From the IMG/VR virus record IMGVR_UViG_3300022689_000474, positions 64,001 through 128,000 of that record: 64,000 bases of DNA. The stretch is one strand, 5' to 3'. Shown here piece after piece: positions 20,375 through 32,900 of this stretch. Source of the stretch: a virus. A model generated the notes under the pieces. It saw nothing but the letters and a program-made list of their open reading frames with translations. It was not told where the DNA came from and made no database searches. A program made the position numbers and the translations under genes. Numbering within the stretch: the stretch's first letter is position 1; each line of letters opens with the position of its first letter.

Positions 20375-22747
20375 ATGGTAAGAATATACATAACTAATAG
20401 TTTTCGTTATAAATTTGGAGACTTAAAAGATATATATCTAGAAAAGAATTCTGTTTATATTCTTGATCCTAATAATGTTCAAGATAAAGCTGAATTAGAT
20501 TATATACTTAGTCCTACTTTCCCATATAGACATTATATTACTGTTGAAGGTTATACACATTATCCTGGTTGTGTAGGAACTCCTTCTCCGGGTCCTACTC
20601 CTACCCCTTCTCCTATTCCTGGTCCTAGTCCTACTCCTACTCCTACTCCTGGTCCTAGTCCTACTCCTTCTCCAGGGCCTTATCCAGGACCAGGACCTAG
20701 TCCTTATCCTGGACCCAGTCCCTCTGATCCCTGTAGAATATCAATACCGATAATAGGAACATTACCATCATATCCAAGTTTAGGTTGTACAGTAATAACG
20801 ACAGAAGATAAATTAAAGTCATGGAATGGAACAAGATGGATAGAATTTGGGAATAATACAGGAAGTAGTCCAGGTGATAATTGTGTAATACCAGCATTAT
20901 ATGGAGACGTATATAGTAATGGAATAACAAATGAAGTAAATATATCACCAGAAGTAATAATAAATTCTGATATATCTCCAAATGCAAAGATAGAGTTAAG
21001 TAAATTAGAAAGGAATCCTTTAGATAGAATAAACCATGTTGGAGTACAACCTGCTAGTTCTATAATAGATTTTGACGCTAGAGTTAGAACAAATAGATTA
21101 GATCAATTTAGGCCTCCAAATTCAGATATATCATTAAATAATTATAGATTGATAAATCTTGCTGACCCAACAGCTCCTCAAGACGCAGTCAATCTAAGAT
21201 ATTTAAATAGTTCATTATCAAGTATAAACTTTTGTGATTTAATTGGTCCTACATGTGATATAGACCTGAATGGATATAAATTACTTAATGTTGGAGAACC
21301 AATTCATCCAACTGATGGTGTTAATAAAGAATATGTTGATGATCTAGTTGATAGAATAAATGTATTGATAGGGGCTGATGTAGTTTCTACTAGAAATATT
21401 CCTGGTCCTACAGGAACTGGTATGGTAATAGATGGTATCACTATTACTTCTAATATGACTGTCTTATTAGTTAATCAAGATGATGAAAGGATGAATGGAG
21501 TTTGGATAACTAATGGAGGTTTATGGATAAGACATACTGGGGCTAATGAGACTAGTGATTTAAAAGGAGGTCTAGCAGTATTAATAAATAGAGGTGCAGA
21601 ATACCAATCAACAGCATGGATGTTAATGGGTAATGTGGATATGATAGTTGTAGGTGTTTCTTCGCTTAACTTTGTTCAATGGAATGGACTAGCTGTTATA
21701 AATTCAGGAAATGGTCTTTATGAGAATTTAAATACTATACATATTGGTGTAGTTCCTGGAGAATTATTTGCATATCCCGATAGAATAGGTATAGATCCTG
21801 GTTGGGTTGGTCAAGATTCTATTTCTCATGTTGGTAATATAGTTCATGGTACTTGGCAGGCTACCCCTATAGCTGTTGAATATGGAGGTACTGGATCTAA
21901 TAATCCCGCAGGTGCTAGATTAAATCTTAGAGCTGCAGCTAGTGGAGTTAATGGTGATATTACTGCTATTACTGGTTTACTTACCCCTCTTAGTATATCT
22001 CAAGGAGGTACTGGAGCTTGTGATGCACCTGGGGCTAGAACTAATTTACAAGTAGCTGATTGTATTAATGGTGTATCTACTTGTATTACTCAATTACCTA
22101 ACTTTATAGGCCCTTTATTAATAAATCAAGGAGGTACAGGAGCTACTGATGCAGATACTGCTAGATTTAATCTTAGTGCAGCTAAAAGTGGAGCTAATAG
22201 TGATATTACGAGTCTTAATGGATTAACTACTCCTCTTGCAATAAATCAAGGAGGTACTGGAGCTACAGATGTAGCTACAGCTAGAACTAATTTACAAGCC
22301 GCTCAGAGTGGTGTTAATAGTGATATTACTAGTTTGACAGGATTGACTACTCCTATAGCTATAAATCAAGGAGGTACTGGAGCTACAGATGCAGTTACAG
22401 CTAGAACTAATTTACAAGCTGCTCAAAGTGGAGCTAATAATGATATTACTAGTCTGACAGGATTGACTACTCCTATAGCTATAAATCAAGGAGGTACTGC
22501 AGCTACAGATGCAGTCACAGCATTAACAAATTTAAATGGAGTTTCTGACGGTACTAATTTAGGGACAGGTAGTGGTTTATTTGTACAAAAGAATGGAACT
22601 GTATTAGAATTTAGGACTATAAGAGCACAACCTGGAATAACAGTAACAGTAGTTGGGAATGAACTGGTTATAGCGCCGAATTTAACAGCAGGAGTAGGAG
22701 TGACATTAACTACAGTAGGGGACTCTATAGTAATTAGTTCACCTTAA
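20375..22747 (+). CDS. Tail fibre protein 1
   Basis: PLDRINHVGVQPASSIIDF and NLADPTAPQDAVN fibre motifs, VLLVNQDDERMNGVW, 40-aa GGTGA repeats and a Pro/Thr linker. Confidence 0.85.
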   Translation: MVRIYITNSFRYKFGDLKDIYLEKNSVYILDPNNVQDKAELDYILSPTFPYRHYITVEGYTHYPGCVGTPSPGPTPTPSPIPGPSPTPTPTPGPSPTPSPGPYPGPGPSPYPGPSPSDPCRISIPIIGTLPSYPSLGCTVITTEDKLKSWNGTRWIEFGNNTGSSPGDNCVIPALYGDVYSNGITNEVNISPEVIINSDISPNAKIELSKLERNPLDRINHVGVQPASSIIDFDARVRTNRLDQFRPPNSDISLNNYRLINLADPTAPQDAVNLRYLNSSLSSINFCDLIGPTCDIDLNGYKLLNVGEPIHPTDGVNKEYVDDLVDRINVLIGADVVSTRNIPGPTGTGMVIDGITITSNMTVLLVNQDDERMNGVWITNGGLWIRHTGANETSDLKGGLAVLINRGAEYQSTAWMLMGNVDMIVVGVSSLNFVQWNGLAVINSGNGLYENLNTIHIGVVPGELFAYPDRIGIDPGWVGQDSISHVGNIVHGTWQATPIAVEYGGTGSNNPAGARLNLRAAASGVNGDITAITGLLTPLSISQGGTGACDAPGARTNLQVADCINGVSTCITQLPNFIGPLLINQGGTGATDADTARFNLSAAKSGANSDITSLNGLTTPLAINQGGTGATDVATARTNLQAAQSGVNSDITSLTGLTTPIAINQGGTGATDAVTARTNLQAAQSGANNDITSLTGLTTPIAINQGGTAATDAVTALTNLNGVSDGTNLGTGSGLFVQKNGTVLEFRTIRAQPGITVTVVGNELVIAPNLTAGVGVTLTTVGDSIVISSP
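20579..20731 (+). repeat. Pro/Thr/Ser/Gly low-complexity linker (PGPSPTP-type repeats)
   Basis: Imperfect CCTGGTCCTAGTCCTACT repeats. Confidence 0.9.
21875..22545 (+). repeat. About six tandem 120-bp (40-aa) fibre repeats, INQGGTGATD..TAR.NL.AA.SG.N.DITSL.GLTTP
   Basis: Units start at 21875, 21995, 22121, 22241, 22361 and 22481. The last copies are nearly identical at DNA level. Confidence 0.92.
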
Positions 22748-22753
22748 TAAATA

Positions 22754-22768
22754 TATATAAATATCAAT
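22754..22768 (+). promoter_or_regulatory. TATATAAATATCAAT element containing TATAAATA
   Basis: Intergenic, upstream of fibre 2. An identical 15-mer lies at 62014-62028. Confidence 0.4.
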
Positions 22769-22793
22769 AAATATATAGATATACATAAATACC

Positions 22794-25700
22794 ATGGTAG
22801 AAATCTTTATATTAACAGGATTCCAACACATATTTGGAAGTAAAAATGTATTTTTAGAATCAGGTACGACGTATTATTTAAGTTTAGATGGGGATAGAGA
22901 AGAATTAGCATGGATGTTAAGTTCTAATTTTCCTTATAGAAATAGAATAAATATTCGTCTAACTCCAGCTGTAGTATCTGCTTTAGGTACAAGCGGGAAT
23001 TCCTCTTTAGTACAATTCTCTACTCCACCATCTAATCCATCTCCCGGAGATATGTATTTTAATACTGTCTCTAGAAGACCTTATGTATGGGATGGTTCTG
23101 AATGGGTTGATCTTACACAAAGTGGAACAACTAGTAGTAGTATAATACCTCCATTAGAGGGAGATATTATAAGTTCTGGGTTTGATAATAATGCTCAGAT
23201 AGCTCCCGGAGTTATTACAAATAATGATATCGCTGCAACTGCGGCTATATCACTTAATAAATTAGAAACTAATCCTCTTAATAGAAATAATCATTTTGGT
23301 ACTCAGCTTTCTTCTACTATCTCTGATTTTGTTGATAGAGTAAGACAAGAAAGAATAAATGAGATGGCCATCCCGGGTGGTAATCTCAATATGAATAATT
23401 ATAGGTTAGTTAATTTAGCTCCTGCAATGATGGATCAGGATGCAGTTAACTATGCTCAAGCTCTAAATATGATAGAAGGGATTACAGATTTAAATAATTT
23501 TGTAGGTCCTTTAAGATTAGATCAAGGGGGTACTGGCATTACCGCTAATAATGCTATAGAAGCATTAAATGCTCTACAAGGTATTGGTGATGCTACTAAT
23601 TTAGGAGGAGCAGCAGATGGAGCAAGAGTATATTCTCATAAGAATATAAATACTGGTGCTGTACCTTCAGTATTAAATTTTAGAAGGGTAAGAGGAGGTT
23701 TAGGAATAGAAGTATTTGAAGCCGGTAATTATATTGAAATTGGTTTAGGTTCGGCAGATGTATTAGATATAAATACATCATTGGGAGGTTATCCAGTAAT
23801 GATTGAAAAAGGAGGTACTGGTGCTATGGAACCTTTAGGTGCTAGATTAAATCTTGGAGTCGTAGGTAATGCTGAAAATACTGTGGCTCCTACTTTAGCA
23901 ATAGCTACAGTATTTCAAGAGAAAGTTGGTGATATATTAAGATTTAGATCTCTACAAGAAGGCTTGGGTATTGATCTAGATCAAAATTTAGCTATTGATA
24001 GAATAAAAATATCTGTTAGAGAAAATGATTTATGTTTACAAAATCTTAATGGTGCTTTAGAGTTAAATTCTACTCAAGTAGCTGGTCAACTTCCTATATC
24101 TAAAGGAGGTACTGATGCTGAAACTCCTTTAGAGGCTAGAAATAATCTAGCAGCAGTTGGAGATGCAATATCTCTAGGAGGTGTTTCTATATTAGGAGCC
24201 CCAACTAAAGATTTTACAGGTCCTGATCCTACAGTACTAAGATTTAAAGGTCTAGTTACAGATCCTGCTCTTCCATTAATAGTTTTAGATGATTCAGATC
24301 CTAATCAAATATCTATTGAATTTGATCCTTCTCAACTTGATATTAGTCTTACTACTGGAGATTTAGATGCTACTACTAGATTAGCTGGGGTTGTACCCAT
24401 TGCTAGTGGTGGTACTAATGGTACTACTGTAGGTGAAGCTAGAGTTAATCTAGGTCTTATTTATAAAGTACAAAAAGTACTTGGATCAACGGGACAATCA
24501 TTAGTTCCTGCTACTAACCCTTTAGTACTTGATGCTGGTTTAGGTTATGCCATGAATCTAAGGGGTCTTAGACCGGGTAATGGTATTACTATAGAACCAT
24601 CTTTAAATGGTCATGATTTATTAATATCTACGAATATACCAGATAATTATGATATTGCTAATATAGGAACTGGTACAGGAACTTTTTATCATAATAGAAT
24701 TGGAAATACTTTTAATTTTAAAACTCTTAAAGTGGGACCCGCAGGTGGTCTAATTATTCAGAATAATCTTCAAGAAGTAGTTGTAACTCCAAATATAGCT
24801 AATGCTGTAAATATAGGAACAGGTACTACTCTACTTGCACCTTTTACTTTACCTGGAGCAGAATTAAGATTTAGAAGTATAAATTCTTTGACTGGTTCAT
24901 TAGAAGATGATGGTATTGATATATCTACAAATGGTAATGAAGTATTATTAGCTACACATATAGCTAATATTTCTTCTGTAGGTACAGGTTTTCATTTACA
25001 TCAAGATCTATTAGTAGGTCCAGGTAATGATGTTAAGTTTAAAACTGTATTGACAGAAGGTTTACTACCTGGCATGTCTATAATAGATACAGGGGATGAA
25101 TTAAGGTTCCAAGCATTTCTGGCTGATGCTTTATCTGTAGGTATAGGTACTTCTATATTAAAAACTATTACTCCAATAACTCAACCTGGTACTGTATTGG
25201 AATTTAAATCTATTACTGAAGGTCCTGGTATATCTATAGTTGAATTACTAGATGAAGTTCAGATAAATAATAGAGTAGTTAGTGTAGGAGGATTTACTTC
25301 TATATTATCTCCTACTGTTATTAATCCTGGTGATGCTATTGAGTTTAGATCTCTTAGAGCTGGTCCTGGTATTCAAATAACTACAGTAAACCCTAATGTT
25401 ATAGATATAGCTTCGACTATACCTGAATATCTTATTGCTAATGTTGGTGGAGGTGTTGGACAAGTATTTAGAGATAGAGTGGGAAATACTTTTAATCTCA
25501 AAACTCTTAGACCTGCTGTTGGTGATAGAATTAGAATAATTAATGAAGCTTCTCTTATAACTTTAGATATAGATGAAGCTAATTTAGATATTAATAATTT
25601 AGGAGGAGTTCCTCTTACTATTGCTGGGGGAGGTACTGGTGCTACTACAATTCCAGGTATTAGAGATAATATAAATGTAGTCTTTGATGTTATGGATGCA

Positions 25701-26432
25701 GGAGCAGCTGGGGCAGCAGCTATTAGTATTATAGATAGTGTTTATAATTCAGTAGGGGAAGGTAAGATAGTTGAATTGAAGAAATTAATGGCGGGTAATG
25801 ATATTCTTATCAGTGAAGTAGGATCTGATTTAGTAATCGAATCTACTGCCGTTATGACACCTATACCAGGTCTTAATATAGGGACTGAACCTGGAGAAGT
25901 ATTTGTAGTAGGATCAGAGACTACTGGTCAATATGAATATAAGACTATTGGTTATGAAGCAGTCAATCCTGGTATAGAGATAGTTAATAATGCAGATTCA
26001 ATTATTTTGCAACCATATATCGCTTCTGTAAATGAAGTGGCAGGTGTTGGTGAATCTTTAATTAATACTCCTGTAGCTCTCCCTATAGCTACTCCAAATA
26101 CTACTGTTGAATTTAAGAAGATAACTGCAGAAGCTAATACACCTATTACAGTACAGACTGTAGGTTCAGTATTAGAAGTAGGTATCTCTCAATTAGGTGC
26201 TTTTGTTGATGGAGTGGCTGGTGTTGAGACCGCTGTTGGTAGTGGTATTTATGAATATAATGTCAATCATAATTTAAATGTTACCGGTACACAGATGATT
26301 GTTCAAGCTAGTACTGCTGCAGGACAAGTGGCTCAGATTATTTCTATTGCTTCTGGAGGGGCTAATACGGCTACTATTAGGACAAATAGTCCCGGACCCT
26401 TAAACTTTAGAATAATTAAAGTCGGTCCTTAA
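22794..26432 (+). CDS. Tail fibre protein 2 (paralog of fibre 1)
   Basis: Shares the N-terminal domain and the PLNRNNHFGTQLSSTISDF block with fibre 1. Many N(I/V)G.G...F(R/K)(S/T)L..G.GI.I repeats and GGT motifs. Confidence 0.85.
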   Translation: MVEIFILTGFQHIFGSKNVFLESGTTYYLSLDGDREELAWMLSSNFPYRNRINIRLTPAVVSALGTSGNSSLVQFSTPPSNPSPGDMYFNTVSRRPYVWDGSEWVDLTQSGTTSSSIIPPLEGDIISSGFDNNAQIAPGVITNNDIAATAAISLNKLETNPLNRNNHFGTQLSSTISDFVDRVRQERINEMAIPGGNLNMNNYRLVNLAPAMMDQDAVNYAQALNMIEGITDLNNFVGPLRLDQGGTGITANNAIEALNALQGIGDATNLGGAADGARVYSHKNINTGAVPSVLNFRRVRGGLGIEVFEAGNYIEIGLGSADVLDINTSLGGYPVMIEKGGTGAMEPLGARLNLGVVGNAENTVAPTLAIATVFQEKVGDILRFRSLQEGLGIDLDQNLAIDRIKISVRENDLCLQNLNGALELNSTQVAGQLPISKGGTDAETPLEARNNLAAVGDAISLGGVSILGAPTKDFTGPDPTVLRFKGLVTDPALPLIVLDDSDPNQISIEFDPSQLDISLTTGDLDATTRLAGVVPIASGGTNGTTVGEARVNLGLIYKVQKVLGSTGQSLVPATNPLVLDAGLGYAMNLRGLRPGNGITIEPSLNGHDLLISTNIPDNYDIANIGTGTGTFYHNRIGNTFNFKTLKVGPAGGLIIQNNLQEVVVTPNIANAVNIGTGTTLLAPFTLPGAELRFRSINSLTGSLEDDGIDISTNGNEVLLATHIANISSVGTGFHLHQDLLVGPGNDVKFKTVLTEGLLPGMSIIDTGDELRFQAFLADALSVGIGTSILKTITPITQPGTVLEFKSITEGPGISIVELLDEVQINNRVVSVGGFTSILSPTVINPGDAIEFRSLRAGPGIQITTVNPNVIDIASTIPEYLIANVGGGVGQVFRDRVGNTFNLKTLRPAVGDRIRIINEASLITLDIDEANLDINNLGGVPLTIAGGGTGATTIPGIRDNINVVFDVMDAGAAGAAAISIIDSVYNSVGEGKIVELKKLMAGNDILISEVGSDLVIESTAVMTPIPGLNIGTEPGEVFVVGSETTGQYEYKTIGYEAVNPGIEIVNNADSIILQPYIASVNEVAGVGESLINTPVALPIATPNTTVEFKKITAEANTPITVQTVGSVLEVGISQLGAFVDGVAGVETAVGSGIYEYNVNHNLNVTGTQMIVQASTAAGQVAQIISIASGGANTATIRTNSPGPLNFRIIKVGP

Positions 26433-26456
26433 TAAGAAGTCTTTTAGGTAAAAGAA

Positions 26457-26492
26457 TTAAAGGCTTCCTAGAAATAGGGGCCTTTAACTTTA
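26457..26492 (+). terminator. Intrinsic terminator after the tail operon
   Basis: TTAAAGGCTTCCTA-GAAA-TAGGGGCCTTTAA hairpin (GNRA loop, one bulge) followed by CTTTA. Confidence 0.75.
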
Positions 26493-26525
26493 TATAATAC
26501 CTCTATTAATAAATTATTATTATTT

Positions 26526-26957
26526 ATGAATGTTATACTATTTGAATTACTTAATAAAATAGATTATTTAAGTAGAAAACCTCTTAAGATAGAAATAGGA
26601 AGTGAATTGGCTAGGGATCAATATGTATCTCTTCATAAAAGATTCCCTGATATGCCAGATGATAAGAAGTTGGGTATAGCTAACTTATTACAGAATTATA
26701 ATCTTAGAGACTTTACAGATTTAGAATTAAAGACATTATCTGAATTAAGATTAGATCTATTATTTCATAATCCTAATCAATCTATTGAAAGACAAATATT
26801 AAGGGGTAAAAGATTATATGATACTGGTTCTCCTAGAGTTTATAGATTATTATATGATAATAATGTTAATGCGGAGAATATAGAATATATGAGAGCTACA
26901 ACTTCTTTTACTCCTATTACTATTATTAAGAATTTAGCAGATATTTATATTTATTAA
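26526..26957 (+). CDS. Hypothetical protein
   Basis: 143-aa ORF preceded by TATATAATA at 26491. Confidence 0.75.
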   Translation: MNVILFELLNKIDYLSRKPLKIEIGSELARDQYVSLHKRFPDMPDDKKLGIANLLQNYNLRDFTDLELKTLSELRLDLLFHNPNQSIERQILRGKRLYDTGSPRVYRLLYDNNVNAENIEYMRATTSFTPITIIKNLADIYIY

Positions 26958-26974
26958 TAAGAGGTATTTAAATT

Positions 26975-29900
26975 ATGAGTGATCCACTTTATGAATCTCA
27001 ATTAGCTACATTAAACCTAGAAGATCCACCTATTGAACAGGGTCCAGATGTAACTTGTTATAAATATGTATTGGTTCCAGACTATCTTGTAGATTTCTAT
27101 AAGAATAATATTAAAGATAGGTCTAAAGTTTTAATTAATGAAGAAATGGATGGAACGGGGGATAAGAAAATAATAATGGTTGATATTACTATAGATAATT
27201 TTGTCCTCTTTGAAGCTCTTAATTATTTAGCAGAAGAAATAAGTGGATTTTCTACATTTACTGATGTAAGTAATGAAGAACAATATATAATATTAGAAGA
27301 AATCTTAAATAATCCTTCTTATAAAAATGCTGTTTCAGAATATATAAATAAAAAAATCTCTGAAACAACTAAAAGTCTTGGATTGAGTAATGATATAAAA
27401 GTGACATATAGATTAATAGGATTTGAAGCTCTTTATACTTTTTATAACTTGGATAGTATTTTTAAGAAAAGTGATATAGGAGCGACTCTTACTATAGATC
27501 AAGATCTCTTAGATTTTTCTACTCGATTACTTAGAGAAAGTATCAAAGGTTTAAGACTATTTACATTTGACCCCCCATTAGTAGAGAAAAAAAATCCTGA
27601 TGATAGTTTTAGATATGAAGTAATACCTCTTCATTTATTTAAGAATGCTCAAGTAGGTTTTGAGTATGATATTACGTTTAATATAGATTATGTACCTCAA
27701 GAGGGCTGTCAAGAACCTCAAGCTGAAACTGCCCCTACTCAACCAACTCCAACTATTACAGCAGAAGAAGCTACAGTACCAATAGATGCTACTTCTATTA
27801 GTCCGATAGAAGATGAAGAGGTAGTATCACAAACTACTCCTAATGGATCTCTTTACTGTCCTACTGATGAACAGGTTGAGTTAGAAATAGATACCTTAAG
27901 AAAAAAAGCAATTCTTTCATATGAAACTCTAATATCTGAAGCTGAAAGTTTTACATTCACAGATTCAGTATCGGAGTTATATAACAATATTAAGCCATCT
28001 TTAGTTAATATAGATAAAGAGAATTTATTAGATTCTATATTTTCTAAAACTATTGGAGAAGATACTACTCTATCTAAATTAATTCAAGCACAAGACAATC
28101 TAAATCAAATAATACTTCAAATAACAAATGACAGTATTCCATCATCAACTGATCTTGATAAAAACAAGTTAGAGACTTTATACAACCATATTCAAAATAT
28201 TATAGATATACATCGACAGTATCTAACTTTGATAAATTATAAGGATAATTGTGAAAATCCAGAAGTAAATGATAAACTTATTGAACCTGAACCTGTTGAA
28301 CCTACAGAGAAACCAGAAGTACCTCAAGAAGAAGTAGAAGTAGATGCAGGTCCTTGTGAAATATTCCCTAATAAAGGAAATGATGATTGGGGTATTAAAT
28401 TTACTTATAAAGAAAGTCCTAATATAAGTGGATTACTTAGGGCTAGTTGTGAAGGTACTGCCGGTTCATTCTATGATGATACTGGAGAGAATGATGATAT
28501 TGAAGAAGAAGTTCTTCTTAATAATCAAGAAGAAGGCGGAGAAGGATCAGAAGATAGACAAGCTTTAGCAGAAGCTACAATAAACACAATAGAAGAGAGA
28601 GAACAAAGAATAGCAGAAGAAGGTAGTGCGGTATCAGGGCCAAGTACTCCTGAGTTATCATCATCTTCTGGAGGTTATTCATCAGGAGGAGAATTACATG
28701 AATGGGAAATGACTTTATTACCCGCCATGAGATCAGTAGTTCCAAAAAGTCCTGGTATGGATGTTCCTAATGTAATGCCTGGTTTACAATTCCAGATACG
28801 TTCAAATATAGCTAAACATAGAGTACCTGGAGGACAAGCTATATATCAGAATTTAGGTGTAGATTCTGTCATGGTAACTATAGTAGGTTGTTTTACAGGT
28901 GATGGGGGGTATGCTACAGAAGCTTCCTTGGCTGGAAGGGGAGAGAGTGTAACTACTGCTTCTCCAATACTTTCAGAGGGTGATAATCCTTTCATAAATT
29001 TAAGTAGAGAACTAAGTGATGATGAAAAAACCCAACTTGAGAACTTTCCTTTAGAAACAGATCCCCAGAATGCATTAAATACATTTAATAGTTCTAATGT
29101 TACAGATATGAACTTTAATGGTTTATCTAGTATATCTACAAGTTCTATGAAACCTACAGGAAGGGGAGGAAGAATATGGGAATTAGATGGATGCCCCTGT
29201 GATCCTGATATGGGTAACTCTTATTTATCTAATAGTGACCAACCATATATAGTAGGTAGTGGAAGTAAAGTAATACCTCAATACTTTAATGGACCTGATT
29301 GGAATCAGAGACCAACGATGTTTACATTATATGAACAATTAAGGAGATTAGATTCATATCATGAATTTACTTCTTTTTATAAAATGGCTATAGAACAAGG
29401 AAGAGAATTAGAAATAGAGATAAATTTAGATAAATATAGTAATGGTTTAGAATCTCAAAAGAATTTATATAAGAAGTATGGATTAGATTCTACATCATCA
29501 GTAAAACATATGGATAGTGATTGGGGTCCTTTAAGGAATGGTGCTAATGGTAATCCTAGATTCAAAGGACTTATTAAAGCAATGGAAGTATATCATTCTA
29601 AAGGGGATAGAACATGGTATTTAATGCAAGTAGAATTAACGGATTTAGGTCTTACTACTGATATCCCTTTAAATCTTACTAAGATAGTACAAGAGGCAAG
29701 TGATCAAGCCATACAAGAAGCAGGTAGTGAAGATGATAGTGGATTTACAACAGAGTCGAATAGATTACTTGACTGTTTACTTATGGAACATCCTGAATAT
29801 TCTGTGGATCAATTTAATGATGTACCTAATAGAGCTTATTATAGATCAAGTACTAGTGATTCTAATAAAAATAATAGAATGGTATGGTCTACTACAACTG

Positions 29901-32900
29901 GACAAGGTATGTTATATACTGTTGAGAAAGTAAAAGTAGCTAAGCAAGAAATTAAGTATGCTAAAGCAATTGGTTCAAAGACTCTATTAGAACCTAGAGA
30001 AATGATAGGAGCTCTTATAGAAGGAGGAAGAAGTAGTAGATGGAAGTTATCTGATATAAGATCTTTTAAGAAATATTTACATTTATTAAATACTGGAGCT
30101 ATTTATGCCATTCCAAATTCTGCTGCGGGAAATTGTGGTAATCAAGCCCCTAGACCGAGAGAAGAAGGAAATGAACTTGAAGTTGCTCTTGGACCTTCTG
30201 AAGCTGTAGGAGATAATACATTAAGATATGGAAATATTCAATCTATTCCTTGGTTGAGTGAATTACTTGAGGGTGTTGACTCGAAGGATCCTAATCATTT
30301 AGGTTATTGGAAACCTAAACAATGGAAAACAGAAGAATTAGGAGGTGGAGAAAGTGAAAACGTTACTAAACTTTTCTCCTCTTTAAATGAGATTTATAAT
30401 GATGAAGATCTAACCGATTCTAATATTGATACTGCTTGGTTTATGGGATATAGATTAAAACTTATTAAAACTGGCCCATTACAAGGCTATGGACTTATTA
30501 GAAGAAGTAATAACGCTTTTACAATATTAAACCCTGCCCAAGTTATTCTTAATATTACTGAAGGTGAAGGCACTGGTAATTGGAAAAACTTTAATGTTGA
30601 AGGAGACTTAGAAAAAGTCATAAGTAATGTTTGTTTAAGAAGAAATCCTAACGGAATACTTGATAGGATGTCTACTGGTTATGGAAGTGATGATCCACAA
30701 CTTATAAAAGAACAAGCTGAGTCTTGTATGACCTTTTTTACTCAGGGTGATATAGCTAATTGGCAGTCTTCTTCTATAGATACTGGAGATCCATATAGGA
30801 TTGGAGATGGAGAATTAATCAGAAGACTTGTTGCTAAAGTTTTACTAAGTTGTGGGAGTCTAGTTGTAGATGTAGTTGGTGGATTGTTTTTATCAGTAGC
30901 AGCTGGTTTATTAACTGGTGGTGTTTTAGCTTTTATAGGAGCAGTCTTTACTCTTTTTACTGCGGTTGTTGCTTTAATTGATTGTCTTAAAGCAAGTTGG
31001 GATATAATTCAATACTTAAGGTTAGAAGATAAAAGTAGAATTTCTGTACCCAGTAATCAGGAATTACAACTAGATATTCTCTTTGCATTAGTTCCTTTCG
31101 TTCCCCAATTAGGTGCTTTTAAAACATTTGTTAATGCGGCTCGAGGTGCTTTTCAAAAGATTAAAACTGTTGCTCAAGCCTTTGAAAAGATACCTATATT
31201 AGGTAGTGTAATAGGCGTCGTTAAAAAAATGTATAAAGCACTTGTTGATTATGTTAAACCTTCTCCAGGCACAGAGGCACTTCTAAATAGAATCTCTGAT
31301 TTTCTTGAAGATGTAAGATTGAAAATGGGGAAAAAACCAGCTCCTACTACTCCTGGTACTCCTGGTTCTAGTACTCCTGGTACTCCTGGTTCTAGTACTC
31401 CTGGTACTCCTGGTTCTGGTAGTACTCCAGGTATACCTTCATTAAAATCAGTAGATGATTTTATAGATGAAATTCCTACTAATATAAGGCAGAGTATTGG
31501 AGAAAATAATCTACAAAGCTTTTTTAATGATCTTGCAAATAAATTTGGTATTCCTAGTAATGCAACTCCAGGTATTACCATTGATGGTGATCTCTTGTAT
31601 TCATGGCATGATGCTGCAGGTGTTCGTCATGAATTAACTCTTTTTCCTAGTGCTGAGTCAGGAAAGGTTCGTATAAAATATGGAAGGGGTCCTGATATAG
31701 GTCAAGTAAAAACTGTAAGTGATGGAGTATATAATGTAGATGATATAGATAATATTATTACTAATCCCCCTCCTAATAATACTCCTCCAGGTACTACCTC
31801 TCCCCCTGTAAATAAAATCTCTGTACAAGATTTTAAAAATCAAGTTACTTTATCACCACAAGTTGTTGATTCTATAAATGCTAATCAACTAACATCAGAT
31901 CAATTTATAGACAGTCTAATAAATAAATTTAATATATCTCAAGATGCTAATTTCACCACTCTAGCAGATGGTTCAATTATTGCTGATTGGGAAGTTAATG
32001 GAGTTAGAAAAAGGCTTAAATTATCTCCTACTAATAATGATAATTTTAAAATAGAATATCTTGCACCAGATGGAACTAATAAATCGATAGAGTTAAATCC
32101 ACAAGAATTAGATTATGTTGATGTAGATACAGGTACGCTTATTTTTCCTTCCTCTCCCCTTCCTCCTTCGTCTCCCCTTCCTCCTTCCCCTCTACCAGAT
32201 GTTCCCCGACATTCTGGTACTGGATTAGAGATTCTTAAACTTAACGGAGGAAATGCGTTAGCACCTGTTAAAGGAGATATTATAAATGGATTAAGGTTTC
32301 CTGAAACTGGTACTATTAAAGATATTCCAACTCCAGATGCATTAAAAGTTCCTGGTAATGGCGTAACACAATATGGTAGCTATGGTGCAAAATTAATGGA
32401 ATGGACTGATGCAATGGGAGTAGATAGAACGGTAGCAGTAGTTGCTTACACAGATGGTTCAGTTACAGCGGCTGAAGTCACTTTAGATACTTCTGGACAG
32501 ATTGTAAGTGTTGGTAAAAAAGTTAATACTTCTAATTCTGACTTTAATGATTTAACAGACTTTTTTAACATTCCTAATTATGGTGGAAATCTTAATATAG
32601 CAAATGTTCCCCCTCATCCTAATCGTACTGGTGTTCAAATCCAACGTCCTACAATACAGAAAGCTATAGATGGTCTAGGTATCAATGCTGGTGCTACAGT
32701 AAATCCTATTGTACATACAGATGGAGCGGGAATTCCATATCAAGGATATGAATTTACTTGGACAGATGCTAATAATATAACCAGAAAAGTAGAAATAGCG
32801 GAATCTTCTAGCACCAGGATGCTTGTAAAAGATCCTATAACAGGTGTTTGGAGTCAACAACCTCATGATAATCTCTTTGTTCCAATTCAAGCAAGTGATG

